64,000 bases of DNA, taken from contig OY970309.1 in assembly GCA_963716395.1 (NCBI GenBank), forward strand, positions 2,336,001 through 2,400,000. Reading direction: 5' to 3'. This document shows positions 62,233-64,000 of the stretch, in pieces. Origin of the DNA: an uncultured Fibrobacteria bacterium (lineage in GTDB: Bacteria; Fibrobacterota; Fibrobacteria; UBA11236). Below the pieces are notes generated by a model that saw only the letters and a list, made by a program, of their open reading frames with translations, did not search any database and had not been told where the DNA came from. A program made the translations under genes and the position numbers. Within the stretch, counting starts at the first letter, position 1, and every line of letters starts with the position of its first letter.

Positions 62233-62709
62233 TTAATGGGTTTTGGCCGTGTCTTTGGCGGCACCCGAATCGGAGGGCGGGGCGTTTTGTTTGGTTACGG
62301 TAATGTGGATTTGCTGTTCGATTTGCGGGTCGTACGGCACATGATTGCCTTTGGCGAATTGCAAAGTCAGGGTATGTTCGCCCAGCGGCAAGTCCAAGGT
62401 GGTTACGGTATCGCCTTTCCCGAAATGCAGATGGTGGGCGTCTTTCGGAATCGGATTCGGCGCGTCGGTGACGGGCGCATCGATGATGATGTGGAAATGG
62501 CCGTGCCCGTCGGTGACGCCTTGGGAGGCGGGTTCGACCACGAGGCCCTCGGCTTTCATTTCAACCTTGAAAGGGCTGGTCACCTGTTCGCCGTCGGATA
62601 GATTTCCGAAATAAACCCGGCGTGTTTCGGTTTTATGGCAGGCCCAGAGTCCACCGAGCAGTGCCAAGGTCAGCAGCGAGATTGGGGAACGAAACGGATG
62701 AATACGCAT
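62233..62709 (-). CDS. DUF4399-like lipoprotein
   Basis: Lipobox LWAC; GHFHIIID..HLHFGKG..LPLGEHTLTLQF; GGAGG RBS. Confidence 0.85.
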   Translation of the reverse strand: MRIHPFRSPISLLTLALLGGLWACHKTETRRVYFGNLSDGEQVTSPFKVEMKAEGLVVEPASQGVTDGHGHFHIIIDAPVTDAPNPIPKDAHHLHFGKGDTVTTLDLPLGEHTLTLQFAKGNHVPYDPQIEQQIHITVTKQNAPPSDSGAAKDTAKTH

Positions 62710-62818
62710 ATCGCCTCCGCAGGTTTAAGGGTGAAAACCGTGCATAAATTAACAACCTGCGCCGCGCGAACCCGCCCGCGCCGGTAAATCAATTCGTAAT
62801 ATTTATATCGATTAAATT

Positions 62819-63175
62819 TTAATTTCGGAGGCGCAGCGCCAGCCAGCCCCAGCCGGCCAGGAAGCACAGGCCGCCCAAGGGGGTGATGGCGCCGAGGGGC
62901 TTGAGGCCGGTCAACGCCAAGGCGTACAGACTGCCCGAAAAAAACACGATGCCGACGGCGAGCAAAATCCCGCCGGTCCGAATCCCGGCCCCGGAGGCTT
63001 TGGCGTACAGGCCCAGGGCGAACAACGCCACCGCATGGATGAGGTGATAGAACGCCGCCGTATGCCAGATTTGCAGGGCTTCCGGGCTCAGACGCGTTTT
63101 CAGCCCATGGGCGCCGAAGGCGCCCATGGCCACCGCCGCCAAGGCCAAGCCGGCGCCGAGGCGCGCGAAACCCAA
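62819..63175 (-). CDS. DUF423 (YgdD/TMEM256) membrane protein
   Basis: GAFGAHGL, YHLIHA, FSGSLY, GAITPLGG. Confidence 0.92.
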   Translation of the reverse strand: MGFARLGAGLALAAVAMGAFGAHGLKTRLSPEALQIWHTAAFYHLIHAVALFALGLYAKASGAGIRTGGILLAVGIVFFSGSLYALALTGLKPLGAITPLGGLCFLAGWGWLALRLRN

Positions 63176-63177
63176 TT

Positions 63178-63942
63178 TTACACCTTGCCCAGTTGGTTGG
63201 CGCGCACGAAGCCGCCCTGGCCGTTGGCCAGTTTCACCGACAGCCAGTCGCCGTGCTCTTCGACGATTTCGAATTCGGTGCCTTCATGCACCTTGGCCAG
63301 CACCTGGTAGTTGTCGCCCGGGCCGCTGTACAGATCGATGGCGGGATCCAGCACCACGCCGTAATGCACGGTTTCGAGCCGATCGATTTTATACACCAAC
63401 GAAGGCGTCAGCACCAGCAGCACGAGCAGAACCCCGGCGCCGCCCGTCCAGGCCAGCCCCCTCCAGACGCCGCCCACCAACACCGCCAAGGTGGCGAAGG
63501 CGAACAACAAGGCGTACAAAGCAAAAGCGGCCCACAATCCGTCGCGGGCGGTGTAGGCGGTATGCACCTTCCACAATAACCGCGTCAAGAGGGTGGGGGC
63601 GGGTTCGGGAACCTTGTCGGCGACATTGGCTTTGGCAAAGCGCAGATTATACTCGATGTCGGCATCGGTGGGATCGAGTTTGTGGGCCCGTTCGTAATAC
63701 AGAACGGCCGGTCCCAGTTTGTTCAAGCGGTAAAGCGCATCCCCGTAGTTGTAATCCAGATGGGCATTGGCCACGCCCAAATCCACGGCCTTTTGGTAGT
63801 CGGCCGCGGCGTCGGTGAAATGCCCCTGTTCGTAGGCCTGGTTTCCCTTATGGAACCACGCCGTGGCTTCGCTCACGTCCGAGGCCACGGCCCGGCCCAG
63901 ACCCAGGCCGGCGAGGAGCAGCGCACCGCACATCCACCGCAT
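63178..63942 (-). CDS. BatE-like TPR + SH3b protein
   Basis: GNQAYEQG..YNYGDALYR..LYYERA TPR, TM hairpin, SGPG..VHEGTE..GGFV SH3. Confidence 0.82.
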   Translation of the reverse strand: MRWMCGALLLAGLGLGRAVASDVSEATAWFHKGNQAYEQGHFTDAAADYQKAVDLGVANAHLDYNYGDALYRLNKLGPAVLYYERAHKLDPTDADIEYNLRFAKANVADKVPEPAPTLLTRLLWKVHTAYTARDGLWAAFALYALLFAFATLAVLVGGVWRGLAWTGGAGVLLVLLVLTPSLVYKIDRLETVHYGVVLDPAIDLYSGPGDNYQVLAKVHEGTEFEIVEEHGDWLSVKLANGQGGFVRANQLGKV

Positions 63943-64000
63943 TAGCCCAACTCCTTGGACAGTTTTTCCAGCAGACTTTGAGCCTGCGCCAAATCTTTTT
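63942..64000 (-). CDS. 3' end of upstream gene (possibly BatD-like), truncated by the window edge
   Basis: ...AQAQSLLEKLSKELG* with TAATG coupling to the BatE-like start; identity inferred from context only. Confidence 0.4.
   Translation of the reverse strand, partial: KDLAQAQSLLEKLSKELG

Overview
GC-rich bacterial chromosomal window. The C-terminal sorting tails on its secreted enzymes suggest an FCB-group organism, probably Fibrobacterota (inference only). No rRNA, tRNA, CRISPR array or transposase was found. The left ~22 kb is an anaerobic-respiration / extracellular-electron-transfer island. On the minus strand it has a QrcAB/ACIII-like pentaheme cytochrome and Tat-exported molybdopterin-fold subunit. 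Divergent from these is a sigma54-preceded porin plus 9-, 5- and 6-heme cytochrome conduit, followed by a system II (ResB/CcsA) maturation operon. The island also carries MOSC, PFOR, a frameshifted TIGR01212 radical SAM gene, NnrS, HemN and an unusual class I cytochrome c-porin fusion with a partner monoheme lipoprotein. Nearly every promoter region in the island, and the one upstream of a RIC-like gene at 43 kb, carries a recurrent YGNCR-N3-YGNCR motif. The middle holds two secreted CAZymes (CE2-like, GH59-like), a PEP-CTERM/exosortase locus (prsR, prsK, TPR protein, exosortase, epsI) and two PEP-CTERM substrates with matching enhancer and sigma54 sites. The right part has signalling genes (histidine kinases, two Hpt proteins, a REC-GGDEF protein), Lhr helicase and housekeeping genes (bcp, ndh, HU, mqnA, transaldolase, batE-like). 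All assignments come from motif recognition by eye; no database searches were run.
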